Source: Nostoc sp. (lineage in GTDB: Bacteria; Cyanobacteriota; Cyanobacteriia; Cyanobacteriales; Nostocaceae). From it: 64,000 nt of DNA. Below, one piece after another: positions 1 to 10,057 of this stretch; within the stretch, counting starts at the first letter, position 1, and each line of letters begins with the position of its first letter. The position numbers and the translations under genes are program-made. The notes under the pieces were generated by a model. The model ran no database searches and had not been told where the DNA came from. It saw only the letters and a program-made list of their open reading frames with translations. The DNA is taken from NCBI GenBank assembly GCA_036918135.1, contig JBALDB010000011.1, positions 224,001 to 288,000 of the forward strand, in the 5' to 3' direction.

Positions 1-1214
1 ACCTGAGCGTTGTCATCCGACCAGTCCAATACCGCGATCTGGATGGAATTGAGCGCATAACTCAAGAGTCATTCGCAGCCCTGACTCCCAAGGAAGCAGA
101 TTTTGCCATCAGCCAGATGCAATGGTTGCGTCGCTGGTATGGATTACTCAAATTTTTGAGTTGGTTTCCTAACCCGCTACAGTATCGCCTTTGTGCTTAC
201 GTAGCAGAGCAAGGGCGTATGCTTCTAGGGATGATTCAAGTGTCACCTTTTAATCGTACACGCAGCACTTGGCGGATCGATCGAGTGCTACTAGAGCGCG
301 GTGTCGATAAACAAGGAATTGGCTCCCAGCTTTTGCGTCATTGCTTTGAATCGATTTTGGAAGCTCGCACTTGGCTACTGGAAGTTAACATCAACGACAT
401 AGAAGCGCTGGCGTTGTATCGCCAAAATGGATTTCAGCGTCTGGCAGAAATGACATACTGGGAAATCGAGCCTCAATTGTTGATTGAATTGGCACAAGCA
501 GAGCCGGATTTGCCCAACCTTTTGCCAGTCAGCAATGCTGATGCTCAGTTGTTATATCAATTAGATACAGCTTCGATGCCACCCTTGGTACGTCAAGTTT
601 TTGACCGCAATACCCGCGACTTTAAAACCAGTTTGTTCGGCGCTTTAACTGATGCTGTCAAGCAATGGGTAACCAAAACAGAAGTAGTGAGCGGTTATGT
701 ATTTGAACCCCAACGCAAAGCGGCGATCGGCTATTTTCAGGTGCAACTTGACCGCAAGGGACAAGTCCCCCACGTTGCAACGCTGACGGTTCATCCTGCT
801 TACACGTGGCTTTATCCAGAATTACTATCTCAACTGGCTCGGATTGCCCAAGATTTTCCCCAGCAAGGCTTACAATTAGCTTCCTCAGATTATCAGGCGG
901 AGCGAGAAGAATATTTGGAGCGAATCGGGGCAAAACGCGTCGAACACACGCTAATTATGTCTCGCTCGGTGTGGCACAAGCTACGGGAGTCAAAATTGGT
1001 CTCCTTAGAAGGAATTCAGTGGACTGATATGCTACAAGGTCTACAACCAGCTCGCAAACCCATACCAGGCGGAATGTCGTGGGTACAACCACCATCGCCA
1101 TCGTCAGATAGACCACAGCCAAGCAAATCAGAACCAATTAATTTTTCTGGAAAAAACACTAGCATGGAAGCATCCCCGATTCCGGAATCACCAGATACAC
1201 AGCAGGAGAATTAG
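1..1214 (+). CDS. GNAT family N-acetyltransferase (5' end outside window)
   Basis: Frame is open from base 3 (LSVVIRPVQYRDLDG...). GNAT motifs KQGIGSQLL and ALALYRQNGF. Usual neighbour of ruvX in cyanobacteria. Confidence 0.85.
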   Translation, partial: LSVVIRPVQYRDLDGIERITQESFAALTPKEADFAISQMQWLRRWYGLLKFLSWFPNPLQYRLCAYVAEQGRMLLGMIQVSPFNRTRSTWRIDRVLLERGVDKQGIGSQLLRHCFESILEARTWLLEVNINDIEALALYRQNGFQRLAEMTYWEIEPQLLIELAQAEPDLPNLLPVSNADAQLLYQLDTASMPPLVRQVFDRNTRDFKTSLFGALTDAVKQWVTKTEVVSGYVFEPQRKAAIGYFQVQLDRKGQVPHVATLTVHPAYTWLYPELLSQLARIAQDFPQQGLQLASSDYQAEREEYLERIGAKRVEHTLIMSRSVWHKLRESKLVSLEGIQWTDMLQGLQPARKPIPGGMSWVQPPSPSSDRPQPSKSEPINFSGKNTSMEASPIPESPDTQQEN

Positions 1215-1691
1215 GTGATACCCCAACAGCAAGCAAAACCGTTTATTTCAGCTTTGGGATTAGATTTCGGTCGCAAGCGGATTGGTGTGGCTGGCTGCGA
1301 TCGCACCGGTTTGATTGCCACGGGGATCGTTACAATTGAGCGTACATCTTTCGATCGGGATGTCGAGCAAATCCGACAAATAGTTAATGAACGCCAGGTG
1401 CAAATCCTGGTTATAGGTTTACCTTATTCAATGGATGGTTCACTAGGATTTCAGGCGCGTCAAGTCCAAAAGTTTGCTAAAAGACTTGCCAAAGCGCTGA
1501 ATTTGCCTGTGGAATATGTTGATGAGCGATTAACTTCATTTCAAGCAGAACAACTGCTAATTGCTGAGAATCGCTCCCCATCACGCCATAAAGGTTTGAT
1601 TGACCGCAAGGCAGCCTCTTTGATTTTGCAACAATGGCTCGATATTAGGCGTGCTAATTCCCGCAGTTCAGTGGCGGCTATTGAGTATTGA
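1215..1691 (+). CDS. ruvX: Holliday junction resolvase-like / pre-16S rRNA nuclease YqgF
   Basis: Motifs LGLDFGRKRIGVA, VIGLP, VDERLTS, IDRKAASLILQ. Confidence 0.95.
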   Translation: MIPQQQAKPFISALGLDFGRKRIGVAGCDRTGLIATGIVTIERTSFDRDVEQIRQIVNERQVQILVIGLPYSMDGSLGFQARQVQKFAKRLAKALNLPVEYVDERLTSFQAEQLLIAENRSPSRHKGLIDRKAASLILQQWLDIRRANSRSSVAAIEY

Positions 1692-1810
1692 TACCTTTTA
1701 ACATGATATTCTGAAAACGATTACCCAGCATTTGGATCTACGTGTAAAGCTATTTGATAGTTAAACGATTTACGAACTTGCTGGTATTTATTAAAGTTAT
1801 ACATTTGGCC

Positions 1811-2383
1811 ATGTCTTTCTCTCCATTTCCTGAAGAAAATGATAACGCTCATGAGGGTTCCATCACTTTGACCGATGACAAAGGGCGATCGCTCGAATGT
1901 TATATAGAGCATTCCCTGGAGGTAGATGGGCAAGAATATGTTTTACTTCTTCCTGTAGACTCACCTGTAGAAATTTTTTCTTGGCAAGGTGAAGATGAGG
2001 AGGAAGAAGCGGTTCTTGTAGAAGATGACAGCATTATCGAGCAAATTTTTAGCACTGCCCAAGCTGTACTATCTGAGCAAAACTTAACATTGAAGAATAC
2101 AGCTTATGCTCTGACAGTTGCAGGTGATTTACCGCCAGTTGAAGAATCAGAACTTTTTACTTTAGAAATTGAAGACGAAGAAGCAGATTTAGAGCCAGAG
2201 CAATTACAGCTACTTGCTAGCTTCTATGATGAACACCAGGAGTATGCAATTTATACACCCCTCGATCCATTATTGTTTTTTGCAAGAATAGCGAAAACAG
2301 GTGAACCCGAATTACTCTCTCCAGAAGAGTTTCGCAAAGTACAGCCTTTGTTAGAGGAACACCTTTTTAATGAAGTAGAATAA
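1811..2383 (+). CDS. DUF3727 domain acidic protein
   Basis: Very acidic ORF (EYVLLLPVDSP, YAIYTPLDPLLF) in the conserved ruvX neighbourhood. ATG 1811 preferred over TTG 1754. Confidence 0.8.
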   Translation: MSFSPFPEENDNAHEGSITLTDDKGRSLECYIEHSLEVDGQEYVLLLPVDSPVEIFSWQGEDEEEEAVLVEDDSIIEQIFSTAQAVLSEQNLTLKNTAYALTVAGDLPPVEESELFTLEIEDEEADLEPEQLQLLASFYDEHQEYAIYTPLDPLLFFARIAKTGEPELLSPEEFRKVQPLLEEHLFNEVE

Positions 2384-2553
2384 GATGCAAAAATAAAATT
2401 TAAAATTAACATTTTGAATTTTTTGATTGGGATTACCCAAATCTTTTGCGATGCTCCATTAAATATGGAAGCAATAAAACATTAAATCTGCCTTGAAAAT
2501 AGGGTATCGGGCATTGGCAATCTAAAATCCAAAATTGCTATGAGGTGCTGAAA

Positions 2554-3180
2554 GTGGCTTATAGCGACTTTACATTAAGTAAATTTAAAAAGTCATTCAG
2601 CATCGGTATTAATGAAGAAACCGATTTGTGTGCCAATGTAGAACCTCTACAGCCAAGCGATAAACTCACAAATACTTTAGAAGAAACCACAGAACTGGCT
2701 TTAGCAATTAATACTGAAAAAGCTCGTTCAGAAATGATTATTACACCAATATTATTGGAGGTAAGACGTAGGGCTAGTTATGCAATTAGTTTATTTTCCG
2801 GAGTAGACTTTAATGTAGATACAGAAAAAGGTCTGAATGGTTATTGTGACTTTATTATCAGTCGTTCTAAAGAACAACTAACAATTAATGCACCTGTGGT
2901 GATTATTATTGAAGCAAAAAATGAAAATATTAAAGGTGGATTAGGTCAATGTGCCGCAGCAATGTTAGCAGCACAATTATTTAATCAACAAGAAGGAAAT
3001 GAAATTAAAAAAATTTCTGGTGCGGTAACAACGGGAGATATTTGGAAGTTTTTGAAGTTAGAAGAAAACGAGATATTTATTGATTTGAATAATTATTATA
3101 TCAAAGAGATAGATAAAATTTTAGGAATTTTATCTGAAAGTGTTCGTGGAGATATTCCAGGATTAAGTTCGACTAACTAA
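2554..3180 (+). CDS. PD-(D/E)XK nuclease-like hypothetical protein
   Basis: Motif GYCDF...IEAK...GLGQC...GAVTTGDIWKFL. AT-rich. GTG start at 2554. Confidence 0.65.
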   Translation: MAYSDFTLSKFKKSFSIGINEETDLCANVEPLQPSDKLTNTLEETTELALAINTEKARSEMIITPILLEVRRRASYAISLFSGVDFNVDTEKGLNGYCDFIISRSKEQLTINAPVVIIIEAKNENIKGGLGQCAAAMLAAQLFNQQEGNEIKKISGAVTTGDIWKFLKLEENEIFIDLNNYYIKEIDKILGILSESVRGDIPGLSSTN

Positions 3181-3234
3181 ACTGTATTGGGTTATGCTCG
3201 TTTCTCTAGAGCTATTTATATTTGCTTGTTGACT

Positions 3235-3774
3235 ATGACCTGGAACAATCTTTTACAGCCTGACTTAATTTTAGAAGGTTCAGTGTTAAACCTGACACCA
3301 GATATTATCCAACAGTATGGTCTCAAGGGGCTAGTGTTGGATGTAGACGAAACTTTGGTACCCTTTAGAGTGGGAATGGCTTCCCTAGAACTACAAACCT
3401 GGGTAAAGGAAATACGTGGTTGTACTGCATTGTGCTTGGTGAGCAATAATTTGAGTGAAGCGCGAATTGGTGGAATTGCGCGATCGCTGAACTTACCTTA
3501 CTATTTGGGTGCAGCTAAACCTTCTCGACGTAAAATTAGAGCTGCACTGCAAGCAATGAATCTCCCAGTGCATCAAGTAGGGATGGTAGGCGATCGCTTG
3601 TTTACCGATGTTTTAGCAGGTAATCGCTTGGGAATGTTTACCATTTTGGTTGAACCGATTATTCATCCAGAGGCCGCACTGCGCTCTCATCCTGTGCGGA
3701 ATTTTGAAGTTTGGGCCTCTGAAATACTCGGAGCCTCTATTACGCCTAAGAAAAAGAAAATTCACAAAACTTGA
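3235..3774 (+). CDS. YqeG family HAD IIIA phosphatase
   Basis: HAD motifs LDVDETL, SNN, AAKP, VGDRLFTDVLAGNR. Confidence 0.92.
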   Translation: MTWNNLLQPDLILEGSVLNLTPDIIQQYGLKGLVLDVDETLVPFRVGMASLELQTWVKEIRGCTALCLVSNNLSEARIGGIARSLNLPYYLGAAKPSRRKIRAALQAMNLPVHQVGMVGDRLFTDVLAGNRLGMFTILVEPIIHPEAALRSHPVRNFEVWASEILGASITPKKKKIHKT

Positions 3775-3850
3775 GAAATCATCAGGAAAGTAAATCTAAA
3801 GAAATGATTAAGGAATGTTACTGGAATCTCAAAATCGGGGATCATAGGTA

Positions 3851-3953
3851 TTAATAACATGGAGTCAACTAAAAAAGACTCTAGCCAATACTAAATAAAT
3901 ATAAACTCGTAAAGCGTCAGCCTTCACTTATAGAGGGACTGGCGCTTTACAAA
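3851..3953 (+). ncRNA. Putative small RNA, possibly a PsrR1 homologue
   Basis: Non-coding gap with a 5' hairpin (ggagtc...gactct) and a strong 3' hairpin gtaaagcgtcag...ctggcgctttac (3909-3950). The PsrR1 assignment is from recollection only. Confidence 0.35.
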
Positions 3954-4374
3954 TTGGGGATTGGGTATAGGGCATTGGGGAGCCAGTCGCATGGGCGGGT
4001 CTTTCGACTTGTGCGAACTGGCGTTATTGGGAATTAGATTTTATATATTAGAAAAACCTTTTTAGTTCTCAAAGAGAACGTGAAACTGAGCCAATTTTAT
4101 TAGAGATAAAAAATGGTAGGTATGTTGCAGTACCATAGTTGGCAATTTTGAATTTTGAATTTTAGATTTAAAAAGAATAGAGAATGCAAAATTCAGAATT
4201 CAGAATCAATTAAAGAGAGATTTAGACCTGCCGCTAATTAAAGACCAGTAAATCAAAGATTTAGTGTGAACTTAGTTGCAGTACCATAGTGAGTTATGAT
4301 GAAAATTTTAGATTTTGAATTTTAGATTGTACAAAAATCTAAAATTCAATGACTCGTAATTCCTAACTTTTTTG

Positions 4375-5484
4375 ATGTCACTAACGATTGTTGTCAAAAT
4401 TGGTACTTCTAGCCTCACCAAACCAGAAACAGGACAATTAGCACTTTCTACCATCGCTACCTTGGCAGAAACACTCTGTCATTTAAGACGCCAGGGACAT
4501 CGAGTAATTTTGGTTTCCTCTGGCGCTGTGGGAGTGGGTTGTGCGCGGTTGGGCTTAACTGAACGTCCGAAAGCGATCGCCCTCAAACAGGCTGTAGCAG
4601 CAGTTGGGCAGGGCAGGCTAATACGTATATATGATGATTTATTTAATACTTTACAGCAAGCAATAGCCCAAGTATTATTGACTCGCAGCGATTTGGTACA
4701 GCGCAGCCGCTATCTAAATGTATACAATACTTTTCAAGAATTGTTAGGACTAGGAGTAATTCCCATAGTCAATGAAAATGATACCGTAGCAGTAGAGGAA
4801 CTAAAATTTGGCGATAATGACACCCTTTCAGCATTGGTTGCTAGTTTAGTACAAGCCGATTGGCTATTTTTGCTCACTGATGTCGATCGCCTCTACTCAG
4901 CCGATCCGCGTTCTGTACCAGATGCGCGACCGATCGCTTTAGTTAGTAGCATTAAAGAATTAGCTCAATTACAAATACAAACAGGTTCCCAAGGTTCTCA
5001 ATGGGGTACTGGGGGTATGGTAACAAAAATTTCGGCTGCTAGGATTGCGATCGCTGCTGGAGTACGGACTGTAATTACCCAAGGACGATTTCCTCACAAT
5101 ATAGAAAAAATTCTCCAGGGTGACTCCATCGGGACGCATTTTGAACCGCAACCAGAACCAACTTCTGCACGTAAACGTTGGATAGCTTACGGACTTGTAC
5201 CTGCGGGAAAATTGTATTTAGATGCAGGTGCGATCGCCGCAATTTCTTTGGCTGGAAAATCGTTATTAGCAACTGGAATTAAAACAGTAGAAGGAGAGTT
5301 TGACACACAAGATGCTGTGCAATTGTGTGACATCAACGGTAGCGAAATTGCCAGAGGACTTGTGAATTATAACAGCGATGAACTGCAAAAGATTCGCGGA
5401 CATCATTCACGAGAAATTTCCACAATTTTAGGCTACGCTGGTGCGGAAACTGTGATTCATCGGGATAATTTAGTTTTGACTTAG
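4375..5484 (+). CDS. proB: Glutamate 5-kinase
   Basis: [37 protein letters not shown] motifs and a C-terminal PUA domain. Confidence 0.97.
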   Translation: MSLTIVVKIGTSSLTKPETGQLALSTIATLAETLCHLRRQGHRVILVSSGAVGVGCARLGLTERPKAIALKQAVAAVGQGRLIRIYDDLFNTLQQAIAQVLLTRSDLVQRSRYLNVYNTFQELLGLGVIPIVNENDTVAVEELKFGDNDTLSALVASLVQADWLFLLTDVDRLYSADPRSVPDARPIALVSSIKELAQLQIQTGSQGSQWGTGGMVTKISAARIAIAAGVRTVITQGRFPHNIEKILQGDSIGTHFEPQPEPTSARKRWIAYGLVPAGKLYLDAGAIAAISLAGKSLLATGIKTVEGEFDTQDAVQLCDINGSEIARGLVNYNSDELQKIRGHHSREISTILGYAGAETVIHRDNLVLT

Positions 5485-5761
5485 GATAGAAATAAGTGAC
5501 TACTAACTGGGAGAGCGAACAATATTACGACTCAAACGTTAGAAAATTTTGTCAACTTACCAGAAGAACTTTTTAAGAATGTAATAACAAAGAAGGCAGT
5601 TGATACATGGAGTAAAAACCAGTTCTGTTTGCACTTATACGCTCCATACATGGTTTATTAACAGGAAGACAAATATTTATACCAATTTGTAATTTGTATT
5701 ACCCGCTGCATCGGGAAGCAAGCTACGTAATTCGTAATTAAGAAACTTAGATTTAGCAGGA

Positions 5762-6715
5762 TTATTTGAGATGCTCATTAGCGATCGCCACCGCCCCCCA
5801 CAACGGCGCATCATCACCCAACGCCGCCAGTACAACTTCAAAATCAACTTCTGGTAAAGCTGTCTCCCGTGCCACCTGTCGCACCACCCGCCAAAAATCC
5901 TCTCCCGCCTTCGTCACACCACCCCCCAACACAAAGCGCTGCGGATTCATCAAATTTGCTACATTCCCAATACCCACACCCAGCGCCCAAGCAGCCTTGT
6001 GCAAAACTTCCTTAGCCACATCATCCCCAGCCGCCGCCGCTTTACTTACCAACTGTCCCGTCAGTAACGTTAAATCATTCCCTACAAAACCCCTCAACAC
6101 CTCTCCACCTCTGTGGGGTTGATTTTCTAAAACTTCCCTAGCATTCTGCGCTATATAAGGCCCCGAAGCAAAACGTTCCACACATCCCCGCTTCCCACAC
6201 AAACATACCGGGCCAGCAGGATCTACAACTATATGTCCAATTTCACCAGCCATTCCACCTACACCCCGCCAAGGCTGGCCGTTGAGTATCCAACCACCAC
6301 CCACACCAGTGCTGATAGTTATGTAAAACAAGCTATCGTAACCCTGTCCCGCACCAAAGCGATGTTCGCCCAAAGCCGCAATGTTAGCATCGTTATCTAC
6401 ACCAACACTTACACCAAACTCCTCTTCCAACAAGTCTTTGAGCGGAATATTTTCCCATCCAGCGACATGATGAGATAGTCGCACTGTCCCCGTGGAAGCA
6501 TCTACAGGGCCGCCAAAGCTAACACCGATCGCACTCGGTTTTGTATCTTCTAGTAAAGAGTAAATCAGCGATCGCATAATTGCCAAATCAGTGCTAGCAT
6601 CTGCATTCGCTGGCGAGAAGCGACGTTCATAGCGCAACCACTTCAAGGGGTCAATATTTACTAATGCAGCCGCTAATTTAGTTCCGCCAAAATCGAGAGC
6701 TAAAATTAATGTCAT
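5762..6715 (-). CDS. ROK family sugar kinase
   Basis: LDFGGTK, DNDANIAALGE, GTGVGGG-like, GEIGH, CLCGKRGCVE motifs. Confidence 0.93.
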   Translation of the reverse strand: MTLILALDFGGTKLAAALVNIDPLKWLRYERRFSPANADASTDLAIMRSLIYSLLEDTKPSAIGVSFGGPVDASTGTVRLSHHVAGWENIPLKDLLEEEFGVSVGVDNDANIAALGEHRFGAGQGYDSLFYITISTGVGGGWILNGQPWRGVGGMAGEIGHIVVDPAGPVCLCGKRGCVERFASGPYIAQNAREVLENQPHRGGEVLRGFVGNDLTLLTGQLVSKAAAAGDDVAKEVLHKAAWALGVGIGNVANLMNPQRFVLGGGVTKAGEDFWRVVRQVARETALPEVDFEVVLAALGDDAPLWGAVAIANEHLK

Positions 6716-7052
6716 TGTCTATTCTCTTCCTAAACCGTTACACAACATAGTTTCTTTGTCAAAAAAGATGTTTGTCCTCAAGATACATTTAACACTAGAA
6801 GAAACTACACTATTATTTAGCAACTCATCACTACTGAGCAACCAAATCCACTCATTGATTTCTCTGACGCCAAAAAACCTCCTCGCTCTCTTGAGCTTGA
6901 GAAACAGACAGCACCGATTGAACCAGAAGAACTTAGTAAAGATGATTTGAACAGCCAAGATGAAAGCAAAGAAAATCTAGGGGAGTGACAAATAATGATT
7001 GCCAATCTTCCAGGTAGAGCAGTTGTCAATCCAGAGGATGATAATTACTAAT

Positions 7053-7811
7053 TTACTCACCTATTTTTGAGTCAAGTACTTCATCAATAAACTGTTGCAA
7101 TCGTTCATAATGCGAACCTTTCCAATAAATGCGATCGCAATTTTGGCAGCGCTGGAATTCATCAATCTGCGAGCGCACATTTTCTGGTATTTCTTCAAGA
7201 ATGGATTGTTTATCTACAGGTTCTAATAATCCATTGCAACGCAAACACCTTTGAAATGGCGAAACTAATTTAAATAAGTCGAAGCGTTGCAATACTTCCA
7301 GGATTTGTTTTTCAGGGTTAGTATTTCTCACATAATACCCATGCGTTACCAAACTACGCATTAATAAACCCTTATCACGAGTTAAAAGAATCCGTGCTTG
7401 GTTATCAGATATTTTTGCTAATTCCTCATCCTCGTAGTCATTGCGGTATAAAGTATCAAAGCCTAAAAGTCGTAGAGATGTTGCTAGTTTGCCTAAATGA
7501 ATGTCTAAAACAAAATGAATAATACTCAGGGGTTTCGGTGATACAGAAACACTTGGTGTTATATCACTCCTACTAGAAATTGGATAAACATTAATAATAT
7601 CTCCGTCTGCAACAATGTAAGAAAAATCTACATATTCATCATTAACTTTTATAAAATCAATTTCTGGATGAGGAACGCCTAATGACTCGATCGTATCCTT
7701 AATTGAGGCTCTCTCCTCAAAATAATCAGAAATTCTCACTTCCTTTTGATGCCGTGGTAAAAAATGATTCAATTCTGCATGAAAGTAGAAGTATGCGATC
7801 GCCATAGTCAT
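7053..7811 (-). CDS. Mut7-C RNase domain protein with N-terminal ubiquitin-like domain
   Basis: SIKDTIESLGVPHPE; FVLDIHLGKLA..LRLLGFDT; LLTRD; RCLRCNG...CQNCDRIYWKGSH. Confidence 0.9.
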   Translation of the reverse strand: MTMAIAYFYFHAELNHFLPRHQKEVRISDYFEERASIKDTIESLGVPHPEIDFIKVNDEYVDFSYIVADGDIINVYPISSRSDITPSVSVSPKPLSIIHFVLDIHLGKLATSLRLLGFDTLYRNDYEDEELAKISDNQARILLTRDKGLLMRSLVTHGYYVRNTNPEKQILEVLQRFDLFKLVSPFQRCLRCNGLLEPVDKQSILEEIPENVRSQIDEFQRCQNCDRIYWKGSHYERLQQFIDEVLDSKIGE

Positions 7812-8090
7812 AAATCTTTGGATTAGTCATTAGTTACAGTTGGTAGGTATGCAGGCTGAGCGCAGTTGATACAATTGCAAACAATTCTCTATTATTTTAA
7901 AAGGATCTATTCTTGCTCTAGTAAAACCTATTTACCATGAATTGCCGATTTACCTTAATTTAACGAACCTCTTGGAGATGAAAAATTGTAAATAAAATAT
8001 AAAAATTATCAAATACTTGCATTTCTTATTGACTTCAGTTACAGTCAAAGCAGCTATCTAAAATCAAACCCTGATGTGATTTTCAGAAAG

Positions 8091-8341
8091 CTAGTACTGT
8101 TGCCTTAGAAGTCACCCATTCAAAAGTCAACGGTTAGACTTCTCTACGAGAGGCTACGCGTAGCTTGCTTCCCCATAGGGGTACGCTCACCGTTGACCCT
8201 GAGCGGACTTGTACTGAGCGCAGCCGAAGCAGTCGAAAGTTCAAAAGTTTACAATTGTATTTTCGGCTTTCGGGCTATTTTGTAGACACGAAGTGGCTGA
8301 CTGTAAGGTATGGTCTGTTTATTTCCACGCCCGCTGTACTA
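8091..8341. mobile_element. MITE-like element containing nested small dispersed repeats
   Basis: Ends ctagtactg... and ...ctgtactag are inverted. Internal GC-rich hairpin blocks are shared with 11910-11971 and 44005-44065. Confidence 0.5.
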
Positions 8342-8658
8342 GATTAGGTAACAGAGTAAATACTAGGTTTGTTAATGCTGAAATTAGTGATGCTGCTAAA
8401 TAATCAATCATTAATCTCAATTGTTAACATATAGCTCATCGAATACAGCGTACTAAAGCATTTACCGCTAAATCTAGGGATGATTCTTGTAGGGTAGGCA
8501 TTTCGCCCGCTTTGAAATACAACAGACGAGCAAGACGCAGCATCCTCAGAAAGATGCTGCGAGCGTCGTCAATCAGCTTGCTTGCTATTAACTTCTGTTC
8601 ATCCCACAAAACCAACAAAATCATTCGTCAAACCCAGCTATTTTTATTTTTTTCAAAC

Positions 8659-8678
8659 AATTGAGAATTATTTGCAAT
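8659..8678. promoter_or_regulatory. Fur-box-like motif (second, inverted copy at 7874-7893)
   Basis: aattgagaattatttgcaat; its reverse complement matches attgcaaacaattctctatt at 18/20 positions. Confidence 0.45.
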
Positions 8679-8993
8679 ATATGTATGGAAAGATAGATTA
8701 AAATGTATCAGTAAGGGAAAATTTATGAAATACCAAATAATAATAAAACTAGATACAAAATTAATATCGCTGTTACAGAAAAATATTTTTTGACAGTATT
8801 TATCTTTCTTATGGAGAATTGACTAACTGGCAAGACATTAATCAATAATAATGTTAGAAAGTAGCTACCTATTTTTAAATGTTATATACATATTGTTCTT
8901 TTTAATTCTTGTAATCAAGGACATTTTATTAAAGAACAAAAATGTAGTTTTTCGTAGCTTTTGTCCAAAAAATGCAGTAATGAGTATAGTTAG

Positions 8994-9971
8994 ATGAACA
9001 CCTTTTTTTGTTCTGATTCTTCACGGCAAGCAGGAGAAGATATTATTGGTAGTGCCACCAATTATCAAACTTATATTTTAATTGAATGTCCGCCGCCTTG
9101 GACATCAGAAGCGTTTAATTCTAAATGGGTGCCCAATAATTTGAGGATTTTAGTTGAGGGAGTGAAGCGTGCTAAACTACCGATTAGATTCCTCTTAATT
9201 GCTAATGATTTTTCTCACAAAGTCAACCAAACTACGCTTTTAATTTATCAAAGAAAAGAGGGGCTAAGTAATGGATACCAAAAGCAAGAGTTTATACTAG
9301 CAAATATTGAGCAGGTAGCAGCAGTTGTACAAAAATGGTTATGGGGTATTGGTTCTAATTCTGAGGTTGAAACTACTGCAACTAGAGATATTTTAGTTTG
9401 TACCCACGGGAGCCACGATAAGTGCTGTGCCAGATACGGAAATCCCTTTTATTTTCATGCTACAGCGACTATTTCTGATTTGAACTTAGACAATGTACGG
9501 ATTTGGAAATCATCACATTTTGGTGGACATCGCTTTGCGCCAACAATTATAGACTTGCCAGAAGGAAGATACTACGGTGTTCTGGAGCAAGATTCATTCA
9601 GATCAATTTTGACTCGTAGCGGCGAAATTCAATGCTTGCATACAGTGTATCGAGGTTGGGGAATTTTGCCAGCTGCACTTCAAATATTGGAGAGAGAATT
9701 AATTTTCACTGAAGGATGGGATTGGTTTAACTACAAAGTTGCAGGCAAAATCTTAGAACAAAGTTTAGACAATAGTACGATTTTAGCTGAGCTAGGTTTT
9801 GAAAAAACTTCTGGTTCTCTCTACACTTACCAGGCTAAACTTGTGAAAGATGCAACCAAGATTCAAAAACTTAAGAGTTCATGCAATGCTGTACAAGAGT
9901 CAGTGATTACTAAATATGCTGTAACTAGTGTTTGGCTTACTTGTAGTAAGGTAATGACTTATAGTGCATAA
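8994..9971 (+). CDS. Sucrase/ferredoxin-like (thioredoxin-fold [2Fe-2S]) protein
   Basis: LVCTHGSHDKCCARYG and SSHFGGHRFAPT motifs. Confidence 0.9.
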   Translation: MNTFFCSDSSRQAGEDIIGSATNYQTYILIECPPPWTSEAFNSKWVPNNLRILVEGVKRAKLPIRFLLIANDFSHKVNQTTLLIYQRKEGLSNGYQKQEFILANIEQVAAVVQKWLWGIGSNSEVETTATRDILVCTHGSHDKCCARYGNPFYFHATATISDLNLDNVRIWKSSHFGGHRFAPTIIDLPEGRYYGVLEQDSFRSILTRSGEIQCLHTVYRGWGILPAALQILERELIFTEGWDWFNYKVAGKILEQSLDNSTILAELGFEKTSGSLYTYQAKLVKDATKIQKLKSSCNAVQESVITKYAVTSVWLTCSKVMTYSA

Positions 9972-9981
9972 ATAGGAGTCA

Positions 9982-10028
9982 GAATAATTATTAATTCGTA
10001 ATTTGTAATTACGAATTAATAATTATTC
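9982..10028. terminator. Perfect 22-bp-arm inverted repeat between convergent genes
   Basis: gaataattattaattcgtaatt-tgt-aattacgaattaataattattc. Confidence 0.65.
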
Positions 10029-10057
10029 GTTCATACACGATTCATTCTGAATTATTG

